Assembly: GCF_018350175.1 (NCBI RefSeq)
Contig: NC_058383.1
Span: 5,458,001 to 5,522,000 of the forward strand
DNA: 64,000 nt
Direction: 5' to 3'
DNA from: Felis catus
Lineage: Eukaryota
Shown here: positions 50,359-61,780 of the stretch, one piece after another
Layout: every line of letters starts with the position of its first letter
Position numbering within the stretch: position 1 is the first letter of the stretch
Notes under the pieces: generated by a model
Told to the model about the DNA's origin: nothing
Database searches by the model: none
Seen by the model: only the letters and a program-made list of their open reading frames with translations
Position numbers and translations under genes: made by a program

Positions 50359-51000
50359 CGGTCAATTCCCATGACCCGTGGTCCTTATGTTCAATACAGA
50401 AGCTGCACACTGAATTAGCAGATACCGAACCCCTGCTCTCAGGGAAAATACAAGGTTAGCTTCCTTCCAGCCTCGGATCACATTTTCACCAACCGATCAA
50501 TACATAACCTCATTGTGTGCGGGTTTCTGTTTAAAGACACCGTGTTTCGTGTCTGTTGTTGGCTCATTAACAGTGAACTTGGGACCGACCGCACTGTATC
50601 TCCTGCCTGAATGAAGATTATCTAACCAACACACGTATTTTCTCCATACCGTGCCCCACAGGTTTCTTGCACTTGGGAACACCTTGGCACTGTATGCGTG
50701 GGGCCATCTGAAAGAGCCTAGTCACCAACAAAAAAGCACAGAAATGCAAAAAACGGTGGCATGACACAGACCTTGAGAGGGACCTTATGAACAGCGCCAG
50801 CTGCAGCGAAAAGACAGAGCCCCCTTGTTCCATCTGTCTGAATGAGGACATCGGGAGACTTCAATTTTTCACCCTCTTGGGACGTCTGTGAATGACTGCA
50901 AGATGCTGCGAGGGTTGGGGGCGGGGTGGGGGGTGACAGATCAAAGTAGCAAGCAGGCAAACTCACAAGTAGGGAATCCCTGAATCACAAGGACGGACTA
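50359..51000 (-). mobile_element. MER44/Tigger7-derived TcMar DNA transposon relic
   Basis: Minus-strand translation MAP...VPKCKK...MEKIRV / LDNLHSGRRYSAVGPKFTVNEPT resembles the Tigger N-terminal HTH; TA at left end. Confidence 0.85.
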
Positions 51001-51343
51001 GACACCCAGAAGCTGATAGTCACGGGCTGAGCATCTTCCTTCTCGGACCTGGCTGTGCCCTGCACGGCTGGTGCGGCACATCTCGATGGAATTACACATT
51101 TAACTGTCCAAATTGTCCCCTTGAGCTTGTCCCCCTTAAACTGGGTCTGGTTCCAGTTCTGTCCCCTCCTTAGGAATGGAGCCACCATCCAGCCTGTCAC
51201 CAAGAGTCATGGCCGACGCCTCCCCCTCCCCCCCAACACCTCGGAGTCCATCCATCCTAGGCCTTGGTGAGTTTATATCCCTCCTCTCCACCACCACTGC
51301 CCAGCCAGGTGAACTGACCTGGTTCAAGTGTGGATTAACCGAC

Positions 51344-51838
51344 CTGGTTAAGTGTCTGACTCTTGGTTTCAGCTCAGGTCATGATCTCACAGTTCATGAG
51401 ACTGAGTCCCACGTCAGGCTCTGTGCTGACGGTGTGGAGCCTGCTTGGGATTCTCTCTCTCTCCCTCTCTCTCTCTCTGCCCCTCCCCTGCTCTCTTGTG
51501 TGTGTGTGATCTCTTTCTCTCTCTCAAAATAAATAAATAAACTTAAAAATAGATAAATAAAATATTTTTTAAAACCTCTTATTTTTTTCATATGGAAGTT
51601 TATAGTTTCTTTTTTCTAAATTTTTTTTATTGTTTATTTTTTTTTGAGAGAGAGAGAGTGAGAGTGAGCCAGCAAGCAGGGGAGGGGCAGAGAATGAGGG
51701 AGACACAGAATCTGAAGCAGGCTCCAGGCTCTGAGTGCTCAGGACAGAGTCCAACTCGGGGCTCAAACTCACAGCCCACAAGATCATGACCTGAGCTATA
51801 GTTGGCCGCCCAATCAACTGAGCCTCCCAGGTGCCCCA
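51344..51838. mobile_element. Tail-to-tail Can-SINE pair (+51344-51565; -51615-51838)
   Basis: Opposite-orientation SINEs. Confidence 0.9.
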
Positions 51839-51898
51839 TGAAAGTTTGTAGTTTCACACAAACACACCTATTTTTACTTTACATGTATCTATAATATA

Positions 51899-51916
51899 TG
51901 TGTGTGTGTGTGTGTG

Positions 51917-51948
<32 letters not shown>

Positions 51949-52135
51949 CTGTCTTCTCTTCTAAGGACACCAGCACTGGATTAGAGCCCACCCTGCTCCA
52001 ATATGATCTCATCTTAAACTTACATGTTAATTACATCTGCAAAGACCCTACTTCCAAATGTCACACGAACAGGTACGGAGGGTGGGCGCTAGGACATTAG
52101 CATATCTTTTGGGGGGATACGGTTCAACCCCCAAC
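51899..52135 (-). mobile_element. (TG)n followed by an MLT1B/C-like MaLR LTR fragment
   Basis: taaggacaccag...gatctcatcttaa...aattacatctgcaaagaccctacttccaaat. Confidence 0.8.
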
Positions 52136-52174
52136 CCAATAAAAAGCATCCATCTCCATTAAGAGGTTCCCCAT

Positions 52175-52397
52175 TGGGGCGCCTGGGGGGCTCAGTCGGT
52201 TGAGCATCCGACTCTTGATTTCTGCTCAGGTCGTGATCTCACGGTTCATGAGTTCAAGCCCCACATCGAGCTCTGTGCTGACAGTGCGGAGCCTGCTTGG
52301 GATTCCCTCTCTCTCCCTCTGTCGGTTCCTCTGTGCTTGTGGTTTCTCTCTCTCTCTCTCTCTCTCTCAAAATAAATAAATAAACTTATAAAAAAAG
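52175..52397 (+). mobile_element. Can-SINE
   Basis: Head/body/tail. Confidence 0.92.
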
Positions 52398-52874
52398 TTT
52401 TCAGAGAGAGGTTCACGTTTTACTCTGCGCCCCTTGTCTTGGGCGCTGTTTGTGAGCCACGCCCTGAATAAAGCAGAGTGTGGTATCTGTCCATCCTTAG
52501 TCTGTTCAAGGACAGCAGCCTAGTTTGGGGGTGTGCTGTGTGGCTTCTGCATCCGTTTGACCATCCCCAGTGGACTCGGAGCTGGATCACCTGGCTGAAA
52601 GACCCCACTCTTTCGCTCTTCCCAGAGACCCCCTGGCTGTTTCCAGCCACCCTCAAGACGCCCTCTCTGATTCTGAGGACTGATTAGGCTCAGCTAATCA
52701 AAGTGCCAAGCCACCTTTGACAAGGGATTTATTTAATTTATTTTTTACTTAACAAATACACATGCATAGTGTTTTGTGTGACTCAAATGCTAGTCTGAGA
52801 GTTTTAAAAATGTTAATTCGTTACATGTCTATTTTTATCTCGATAAAAAATAAATGACATTTCAAAAAGAGATG

Positions 52875-53050
52875 TCAGCTCATTGAATCCTTCAGCCTCA
52901 TGAAGTGGGAACTGCTGTTATCTAGCTTTTTCAGATGGGGAAAGTGGGGCACAGAGAAGTCAAGGAACTGGCCCATAGACACACAGCGAGGGAGCGATGG
53001 AGCTGGATTGGAACCCAGCCAGTTGGGCTCCACAGTTGGCACTCTTTGTC
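52875..53050 (-). mobile_element. MIR fragment
   Basis: ttttcagatggggaaagtggggcacagagaagtcaaggaactggccca. Confidence 0.7.
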
Positions 53051-53380
53051 CCCACCTTATGAGGTGACTGAGGCTTCATCATCTTCTCTACCCCTTCTCT
53101 CTCAGCCCAGGTCTAATCGACCTGCTCATCCTGCTGGCTCCGCCTTCAAGGAAAATTCTTTTTTTTTTTTTTAAAGTAGGCTCCATGCCCAAGGTGGGGC
53201 TCGAACTCACAACCCAGAGACCAAGAGTCGTGTGCTCTACCAACTAAGCCAGCCGGGCACAAGCCCCACCTTCACAACTCATCCTGCACCTGACCCTTCT
53301 CACTCTCCCCCATCCCTGCACCCCATTGTGGGTCTCTGTCCCCTCCCTCCTGGAGGACAGCAATCACTTTTTTCATTTTT

Positions 53381-53634
53381 AAATTTTTTTTTTCAACGTT
53401 TTTATTTATTTTTGGGACAGAGAGAGACAGAGTATGAACGGGGGAGGGGCAGAGAGAGAGGGAGACACAGAATCGGAAACAGGCTCCAGGCTCCGAGCCA
53501 TCAGCCCAGAGCCCGACGCGGGGCTCGAACTCACGGACCGCGAGATCGTGACCTGGCTGAAGTAGGACGCTTAACCGACTGCGCCACCCAGGCGCCCCAA
53601 CTTTTTTCATTTTTAAAGTTTATTTATTTTGAGA

Positions 53635-53678
<44 letters not shown>

Positions 53679-53800
53679 CCCACACAGGCTCTGCACTGAC
53701 AGCACAGAGCCCGACACAGGGCTCGAACTCGTGAACTGTGAGATCATGACCTGAGGGGAAACCCAGAGGCGCACGCTTAACCGCTCACCCGACTGAGCCA
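53381..53800 (-). mobile_element. Young Can-SINE (53381-53598) beside an older SINE (53612-53800)
   Basis: Perfect TSD acttttttcattttta around the young copy. Confidence 0.95.
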
Positions 53801-53929
53801 ACAGGCAGCAGTCACGTCCTTACCGGTCTCCCTGCTTCCACCCCTCCCCTGCCTCTGTCTTCCCCAGGCTCTGTCACACAGCAGCTCACATGGCAGCCAG
53901 ATGTCCTTTTAAAAATGGAAGTCTTGGAA

Positions 53930-54860
53930 TAACGTTCTGATTCATGCCACACTGTGGGAGAGCCTCGGAAACATTCTGCCAAGTGAAAGAAGGCAGACAC
54001 AGAAGGAGAAACAGTGTATGATTCCCCTTCCCTGTGCAATCTCGAGAATAGATGAATTGGCAGACGGCGGTAGAATAGGGGCTCCCAGGGGCCGTGTTGG
54101 GCACAGCAATAGGGGAGTTGTTGCTGAATGGGTGCAGGGTTTCTGTTCGGGGGGATGACAAGCTTTGGGACACGGATAGTGGTGACGGGTGTACGATATC
54201 GAGAATGCAACAAATGTCCCTGATCTGTGTGCACATGAATATGATTAACGGGGCAGATTTTATGTCGTGTCTGTTTTGCCACACTTGTGAAAATTAATAA
54301 TGTACTAAGGGCGCCTGGGTGGCTCAGTCAGTTAAGCGTCTGACTTCGGCTCAGGTCCTGATCTCGCGTCTTGAGTTTGAGCCCCGCGTCGGGCTCTGCG
54401 CTGACAGCTCGGAGCCCAGAGCCTGCTTCGGATTCTGTGTCTCCCTCTCTCTCTGCCCCTCCCCAACTCGCGCTCCGTTTCTCAAAAATGAATAAACGTT
54501 AAAAAAAATTTTTTAAATTAATAATGTACCAAATAAATAGCATACCAACACCTTTTGAATTATACATTTTATCTTTTTTTTTTTAATTTTTTTCAATGTT
54601 TTTTATTTATTTTTGGGACAGAGAGAGACAGAGCATGAACGGGGGAGGGGCAGAGAGGGAGGGAGACACAGAATCGGAAACAGGCTCCAGGCTCCAAGTC
54701 ATCAGCCCAGAGCCCGACGCGGGGCTCGAACTCATGGACCGCGAGATCGTGACCTGGCTGAAGTCAGACGCTTAACCGACTGCGCCACCCAGGCGCCCCT
54801 GAATTATACATTTTAAATAAGTGAATTGCATGGTCATGAATTATATCTCAGTAAAGCTGT
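53930..54860 (+). mobile_element. L1MB-like 3' end with SINEs 54308-54515 (+) and young 54573-54799 (-)
   Basis: L1 3'UTR motifs; young SINE has TSD tgaattatacatttta. Confidence 0.8.
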
Positions 54861-55768
54861 TTTGTTTTTTTTTTTTTTTTTGCATAAATGGATTACCTTA
54901 TCTGGGATCAGTGCCCTCCTGGGATGAAATCCTAGACTTGACCAGGCCCTTGGTGATCTGCTGCCCCCAGTGCCCTTCTCAATGTCTCCCCATTCTTCAC
55001 TTGCTCCTCAAATCACTTGGGCCACTTAGCTGTTCCTCTAGGGTACCAAGGACACCTCTACCCCAGGGCCTTTGCACGTGCTCTACCCCCTGCATGGAAC
55101 TCTTCCCTCAAGTATCTGCACTGTCCACTCCTACTTCCTTCATCTCTCTCTCCAAATGTCATTTAAGGCACCTTCCTTAACCGATAAAATAGCAGACACA
55201 CAACCCCGTCACTATCTGCTTTTTATCTTGCTTTATTTTCTTCTCAGCACATTTCACCATCTGAATATTAAAAACGTTTAAAAAAAAAAAAAACCACCCA
55301 AATCCTCTGTCTCCTCCAACTGGGAGCTTAATGCTGTGAGAGGAGGGAGTTTGTTTTAGCTCCCAGCCCCTCAAAGAATGCCTGGTCGCCATAGGTGCTT
55401 AAGTAAGATTTGTTGAGACAATAAAGAGCTGCAAAGCATTTCAGCTTGTGGGTGCTACATAATGGCTTTAGCTAGTCTTTTGCTATTATCAACAATGTTG
55501 CGACAAATACCCTTGTAGCCAGGTCTTGGGTACTCGGTAGAGTTCTCCCGTGGGACAAATTTCTCACCAGCGGAACTGATGCCTCAAAGGCATGTGCATG
55601 TTTTGGCTTCCTAGATATTCCCAGATTGCCTTCCGAAGGGGGCATCAACCATCCCATGGCTGACCACCCCGCTGAGACAGAGAAACTGGAGGGATTTCAC
55701 GGAGGACTGCCTTTTTTCCTCCTTTCCCTGCTTCGGATTCTTGCCATGATGGGCACCCACACGTGTAT

Positions 55769-56222
55769 GTGTGGTACAGACAATGTGTCTTCCTTGTAAA
55801 GGTCAAGGAGTTAATGATTTCTTTGGAGTTTTCCAGCACAACGTATAACGTCTGAGGAGTGACTGGGCAAGGTCCTCATGTACCTTTTCCCAGAGCACTG
55901 ACTCACCAAGACTCCTGACTCCAGGGCATAAGTGGCTTATAGAGGACACCTCAACACTCATTTTTGTTTTGACCAGTTCCTGGATGCCTGAGAAGACACA
56001 CACACTGGGCCACAGTCCTCAATAAAAACCCCAGACCCCAAGCAAAGGCAAGACTCTGTCTCTTTTCCTTTCTGAGTCTTCCAGATGCTCTGTCTATTTC
56101 TGCGCTCTCTCTACGCCTTCCGTAAACTCTGCTCTCACTCTCTCTCTGCTTATGTTTGAGTTCTATCCTGCACGAAGCCAACAACACCCTCTTGGCTGGT
56201 CCCGCAGGACCCCCACTGGCCA
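55769..56222 (+). mobile_element. ERV1-like solo LTR
   Basis: TG start, caataaaaaccc motif, CT-rich R region, U5-like ttctatcctgcacgaagccaa...; boundaries approximate. Confidence 0.65.
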
Positions 56223-56401
56223 CCCTCCATCACCACCAACCACTGTAGACTTTCCTACGGCCTAAGCAATGATGTGCCATCTTTTATCTTCGCTAACCTG
56301 AGAGGTGGGAAGTATTTTTTTTTCCTTCTAGTTTTAACCTGTATTTCTCACTCTGAGTGAGGTTGATCACTCTGAGTCGCTTTGCTCTTGCTTCCAGGAA
56401 C

Positions 56402-56890
56402 TGATGTCTAAGCCCTTGGAATGTCCTGTCTTAGAAGAGTGTGTTTCTTTACCTGGGGGCCTCAGACCACGCCAGAAAGTGTAACAATGTGATTTAGACT
56501 TGGCCACATGGTGTCAGTTCAGCCTCTGGAGGGGCTGGAGACTGCCGGTCAACCACCTGGGGAGTCTGTCATGTCCGTGTGTTGGAGTTCCAATAAAGTC
56601 CCTGGACACCAAAGCCTGGAGGGGCTTCTTTGGTGGGCAGTACTCCGTGTATGTTGTCACATGTCGTTGCTGGGAGATGTTAGCACTCTCCTTGACTCCA
56701 CTGGGAGGGGACCACTGGAATTAATTCTCTTGGACCTTGCCCCAGGAGCCTCTGCCCTTGGCTGACCTTAATATGTATCCTTTTGCTGTCATAAACCATA
56801 ATCATGAGTGTCACGGCTTTGCTGAGTTCTCTGAGTCATTCTGGCAAATCATTGAACTTGAGGTTAGTCTCAAGGTGCCCCAAACTTGAA
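56402..56890 (+). mobile_element. MER21-like LTR
   Basis: ctaagcccttggaatgtcctg...cataaaccataatcatgagtg...ctgagttctctgagtc. Confidence 0.8.
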
Positions 56891-57723
56891 CTTATCCTTG
56901 CAAAAGTTTGGTGGCCCATATAGGCACCTGTGTCTGTTCCCCTCTGCCTGCCTTTTGGGGCCTTCTACTGGTTCCAGGCCTGTGTCAACCATAGCAATTT
57001 GAGCTCCTGCTCTGTCTCATGGGGTTCTTGGAGACCCTCTGGGGTGTGGCCAGGGAGCACCTTCCCAAGCTGGTTTGAGACTTAAAATCTCGATGCACTG
57101 AAGTGCTCAGCTGGCCAGGCCACTCCTTAAAGCTGTGGATGACTGAAAACGGGCCACACGTCCAAAAGGAGGAGAAAGGAGGAGAAAGGCAAAATAAATT
57201 ATGGTACATCTACCAGATGGGATGTTACGCAGCTCTTAAAAATAACAACCACGAGGACCGCAGCAATATATTTTAAAAAAATGCCCACAACACTGAAAGT
57301 AAAACAAGCAGAATCCAAAGCTCTATCTGTGCCGACCGGAACCTATAAACATGCACCTGCAGGTGAACAGAAACCGGAGGGAACGTAGAACAGAGCAGAG
57401 GACGGTGGGGATGATTTCCCCCTTGTTTTGTCCTTTGGTGGTGGTGGTGCAATTGATCGGATGGAGAGAGAGAATGAGTTCAGAGCCTCCCAAGGAGGGA
57501 GAGGCTGTGGACCTCACGCCTCTGCCCTGAAGGGCTGCCAGGGAGGGGGCTTTGTGGCTTCTGGAAAGCTCTGCACTCGGCAGGGGGGCGGGTGGGGAGG
57601 GCCGGGCACCTTGCAGGGAGCAGGTTATGCCGATGTGCTTCCTGGTCCACCCAAGTTCACGGCTGCCATCTGGACCTGTGTTTCCCTCAGCGTGATACAT
57701 GTCCCACCTATTTCAATACAAGT

Positions 57724-57761
<38 letters not shown>

Positions 57762-57769
57762 ATGGTGAT

Positions 57770-58870
57770 TTTCTACCATGGTAAAATACACCCAGCATAA
57801 AATTTCCCATTTTCGCCATTTATGAAGAGTACAGTTCAGTGGCATTAAGTATGTTCACATTGTCAGGCAACCATCACCGCTGTCCATCCAGCAGAACCTT
57901 TCCATCTTCCCAAACTCTGTCCCCACCAAACAACCCTCCAACCCCTTTCCTCCAGGCCCTGGCACTCGCCATCCTACTTTCTGTCTCTGTGGATCTGACT
58001 CCTCTGGGAACCTCATCTAAGGGGAATCATACAATATTTGCCCTTTTCGAAAAATTTTTTACTGTTTATTTTCGAGGGGGAGGGGAGGAGCAGAGAGAGC
58101 GGGAGACCCAGAATCCAAGCAGGCTCAGGGCTCTGAGCTTGAAAGGGCGGGCCTACGCCCGGCCAACTCCATCTTGTTCTGTGTCCTTCACCTTGACCAC
58201 GCCTCCTCCCCTTGAGTAACCCCCCTCCCTCACCTGCCTAACAGGACTCGGACCCTTCCCCAGCCAATCGGCTGAGGCCACAGCCATTACCTCACCAACT
58301 GCCCCCAGGCCCCAATAAAACCTTTGTCCTTTTGAAACGCGCTCTCTCTCCCCGGTATCTCACCGCTGCGTCGGTGCAGGTAGGGGATTGAGCTCGAGCT
58401 AGCTCGAATAAAGGCTCTTTTGCTTTTGCATCGGACTTGGCTCCCTAGTGGTCTTTGGGGATCACGAATTCTGGGCATAACAAGCTGTCAGCACAGAGCC
58501 CGACGCGGGGCTCGAACCTGTGAACTGTGAGATCATGGCCTGAGCCGAAGTTGGACGCTTAACCGTCTGAGCCACCCAGGCGCCCCTAATTGCCCTTTTG
58601 TAACTGACTTATGGCACTCGGCACACCGTCCTCAAGGTACATCCGTGCTGTAACGTGTCAGAATTTTCCTCCTTTTTAAGGCAAAATAACATTCCACTGT
58701 GTGGGTATGCTGCATTTTGGGTATGCGATCATTTGTGATGGACATTTGAGGTGTTTCCACCTTTTGGCTCTTGTAAATAATGCTGCTGGGAACATGGGTA
58801 TACAAATATCTGTTTCAGTCCCTGCTTTCGATTCTTTTGGGTACCTACCCAGAGTGGAATCGCCAAGACC
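57770..58870 (-). mobile_element. L1MB-like 3' fragment containing a Can-SINE (58053-58587, -), which itself contains an LTR
   Basis: gtacagttcagtggcattaagtatgttcacattgt; SINE halves flank the LTR. Confidence 0.85.
58140..58482 (+). mobile_element. Young gammaretrovirus-like (ERV1) solo LTR, 343 bp
   Basis: TGAAAG...AACA termini, 4-bp TSD AGCT (58136-58139 / 58483-58486), CCAAT box, two AATAAA, many intact CpGs. Confidence 0.93.
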
Positions 58871-59178
58871 AGTGGGTTTGGTTTTTTATATACATAGTTA
58901 GGTATTCACTTAATGCGTTGATTGGGTTACACAATAGAGGTCTGTGAGCAACGACCACGTGCCCGATAGTACTTTTAAGCCCTGGAGATACAGATCAGTG
59001 AACAAAACCAAAAACCTGCCCTCACGGAATGTACATTCTAAAGAGGAGAGACAGACAATAGACAGACGAGCATAAGTAAAATACACAGAATGTGAGAAGG
59101 TGATAAGAACGAACAGAAATGAGAACAAGAAAGGCAGGGTGGACGTTTGGGAAATGTTGCTAAAAAATACTAAAATAC

Positions 59179-59385
59179 AGGGGCGCCTGGGTGGCTCCGT
59201 CCGTTGAGCATCCGGCTTTGGCTCAGGTCATGATATTGCAGTTCACAAGTTTGCGCCCCACATCGGGCTCTGTGCTGACAGCTCAGAGCCTGGAACCTGC
59301 TTCGGATTCTGTGTGTGTCTCTCTCTGCTCCTTCCCCTGCTCGCACCCTGTCTCTGTCTCTCTCAAAAATAAACATTAAAAAAAT
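59179..59385 (+). mobile_element. Can-SINE
   Basis: TSD aaaaaatactaaaataca. Confidence 0.95.
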
Positions 59386-59929
59386 ACTAAAATACAAAGC
59401 TTTTTTCTTCCTTCCATGGTCTGTCTCTTGACCATAGAGACCATGGTGTTTTTCATTTGCTACTTAACATCTTTCTAAATAAAACTCAAAAATCTACCTC
59501 CAGCTCACGGATGAGTAAGGATTGAAAGGAAAAGGATTTGAGGTTGCCTGATCTTTCTCTTTCCTTTGATGCCATCATTTGCAAGACAGGTGGGTGGCTA
59601 ACATGGGAAGTCACACAGGAAGGAACAGGTGATAGGGTTCCTTGGTGGTTCATGATTCTTAAGCCACCATTGCCCACCTTCTGCATGTGAAGCAAGCTCC
59701 GATGTGAATAGAAAGCGTGGCCTCTCTGGACTGTCAGGATCCCCACTTATTAAGTATTTTGTGTCACATGCTTATCATGCCCTAGCTTTGGATCCCAAGG
59801 AACTGCCCTGCACTGTGGGTCTGTTGGAGCACCAGCTCTTAAGCAAACTGGTGTCAAACAACCACAGGCGCACTTGTTTCTGGAACCTCTTTTGTTCACG
59901 GGCAGGCTTCAAAGCCCCATGAAACCTCA

Positions 59930-60290
59930 CTCAACAAACACAAGTTCAAAGATAAAATTATAAAGAGTTTCAAAATGGGGGTACCTGGGTGGCTCAGTTG
60001 GTTGAGCATCCAACTTCGGCTCAGGTCGTGATCTTGTGGTTCGGGAGTTTGAGCCCCACATCAGGCTCAAAGCTGTCAGCACAGAGCCCATTCAGATCCT
60101 CTGTTCCACCCCTCTCCCGCCTCTCTGCCCCTCCCCCACTCGCATGCACACGGGCTCTCTCTCAAAAATAAATAAAACATTAAAAAAAAAAAACCACGAG
60201 TTTCAAAATGGTGAGAACGGAGTATTAAACCAAACATGGGACTCCTCTGAGTGTGGGGCCAACTGCACAGGCTGTTGTTGGTTCGCAACC
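59930..60290 (-). mobile_element. MER45-like relic interrupted by a Can-SINE (59977-60193, +)
   Basis: Similar to 5107-5477 (gagtattaaaccaaacatggga...ctgcacagg). Confidence 0.5.
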
Positions 60291-60311
60291 CTCCTGGGAG
60301 CTCCCCTGGTG

Positions 60312-61163
60312 TGATGTGAAGTCAGCCCCTATATTGGAAGCAGAGAGAGACCAAAGGAAGAGGCAGGGTACTCCGAGGAGGTAGGGGGCAGTTGCTTTTT
60401 GTTTTACTTTCTTTTATTAAGTTTTATTTATTTTTGAGAGACAGAGACAGAGCATAAGCAAGGGAGGAACAGAGAGAGGGAGACACAGAATCTGAAGCAG
60501 GCTCCAGGCTCGGAGCTGTCAGCATAGAACCCGATGCGAGGCTCAAACCCACGAACTGTGAGATCACGACCTGAGCCAAAGTCGGAGGCTTAACCGACTG
60601 AGCCACCCAGGCGCCCCTAGGTGACGTTTTTTTTTTTTCCCAACGTTTTTTTATTTATTTTGGGACAGAGAGAGACAGAGCATGAACGGGGGAGGGGCAG
60701 AGAGAGAGGGAGACACAGAATCAGAAACAGGCTCCAGGCTCCGAGCCATCAGCCCAGAGCCTGATGCGGGGCTTGAACTCACGGACCGCGAGATCGTGAC
60801 CTGGCTGAAGTCGGACGCTTAACCGACTGCGCCACCCAGGCGCCCCTAGGTGACGGTTTTAATAACCAAAGGGAACCCACATACGAGGTTGTCTTGGGTA
60901 GCACGTGTCCCCGGGCTGCCTGACAAGTCTTAGAGGTTTATAAAGAAGCCTTAACTGTGTTCAGTCGTGTATACCGTGCAGGTGTTCTCAACCCCGCATC
61001 ACTGTCTCAAGACTATGACCTCAGAGCAGCTTCTGAGAACAGGAAAGGCAAGTGGAACCCACATTCCAAGGACAGGGCAGGGGGTGAGGGGCCTCTGAGT
61101 ACCCTGGTCCAGCCCATGGGTCACTCAGCAGGCACATTGTTTTTTCAATGACATTCCTCGACA
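60312..61163 (-). mobile_element. ERV solo LTR split by two tandem Can-SINEs (60420-60617; young 60628-60846, both -)
   Basis: tgtgaagtcagcccc...tttaataaccaaagggaacc...caatgacattcctcgaca; family uncertain. Confidence 0.7.
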
Positions 61164-61780
61164 GTCACTCACCCACAAAGCCACCCCTGGTCTGTAGACT
61201 TGGCCTGGAGTAGGCAGCTTCAGAATGCAGCGAGGAAGGAGACGGTTTGGGAGGGAGAGGACACACAGGTGACAAGGGCTGTGGTCAAGGGCATTTATTC
61301 TGATGGCACTATGAACACTTACAGAAAACCGATAGCCCCTGGGGTGGGATCCGATCCTGCTCCCCCACTGGTGTGCACACAAGGAGAAATTGCAAAACAT
61401 AAAAAAAATGCCCATTGGGGATCGGTTCAGAGATCAGCCACCATTACAGCAAAGAACCACCTCTCGCTGCCCAGAAGGGCAGGCAAGAAGACATCGGGCT
61501 GAAAAAGTGAAAGGATGACATCGCTCAGTGCTGGCGAAGATGTGGGGAAACAGGGACTCGCCCCCTACTGGGGGCTGTAGAAACTGCCTCATTTGCTTGA
61601 AACATTGGCAATCCCTGGGGACTGGAGGTTGCCCACACCACATACCCCAGAACTTGGTGTTTCTAGACACATTCCAGAGAGAATCTCTCACGTGGGGAAC
61701 CAGAAGCAAGGTGCAAAGGTGTTCATTGCAGCACTGAGCGTAATAGCAAAAAATTAGTAGCAGTATAAATGACCATAGTT

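Noticed and set aside
39..60606. Many track ORFs with AQVMIS...SLEPASDSVSPSL or ERERETQNPKQAPGSELSAQSP
   Set aside because: Translations of Can-SINEs, not a gene family
226..60846. tRNA-like A/B boxes (TGGCTCAGTCGG, GTTCGAGCC)
   Set aside because: SINE heads, each followed by (CT)n and an A tail; not tRNA genes
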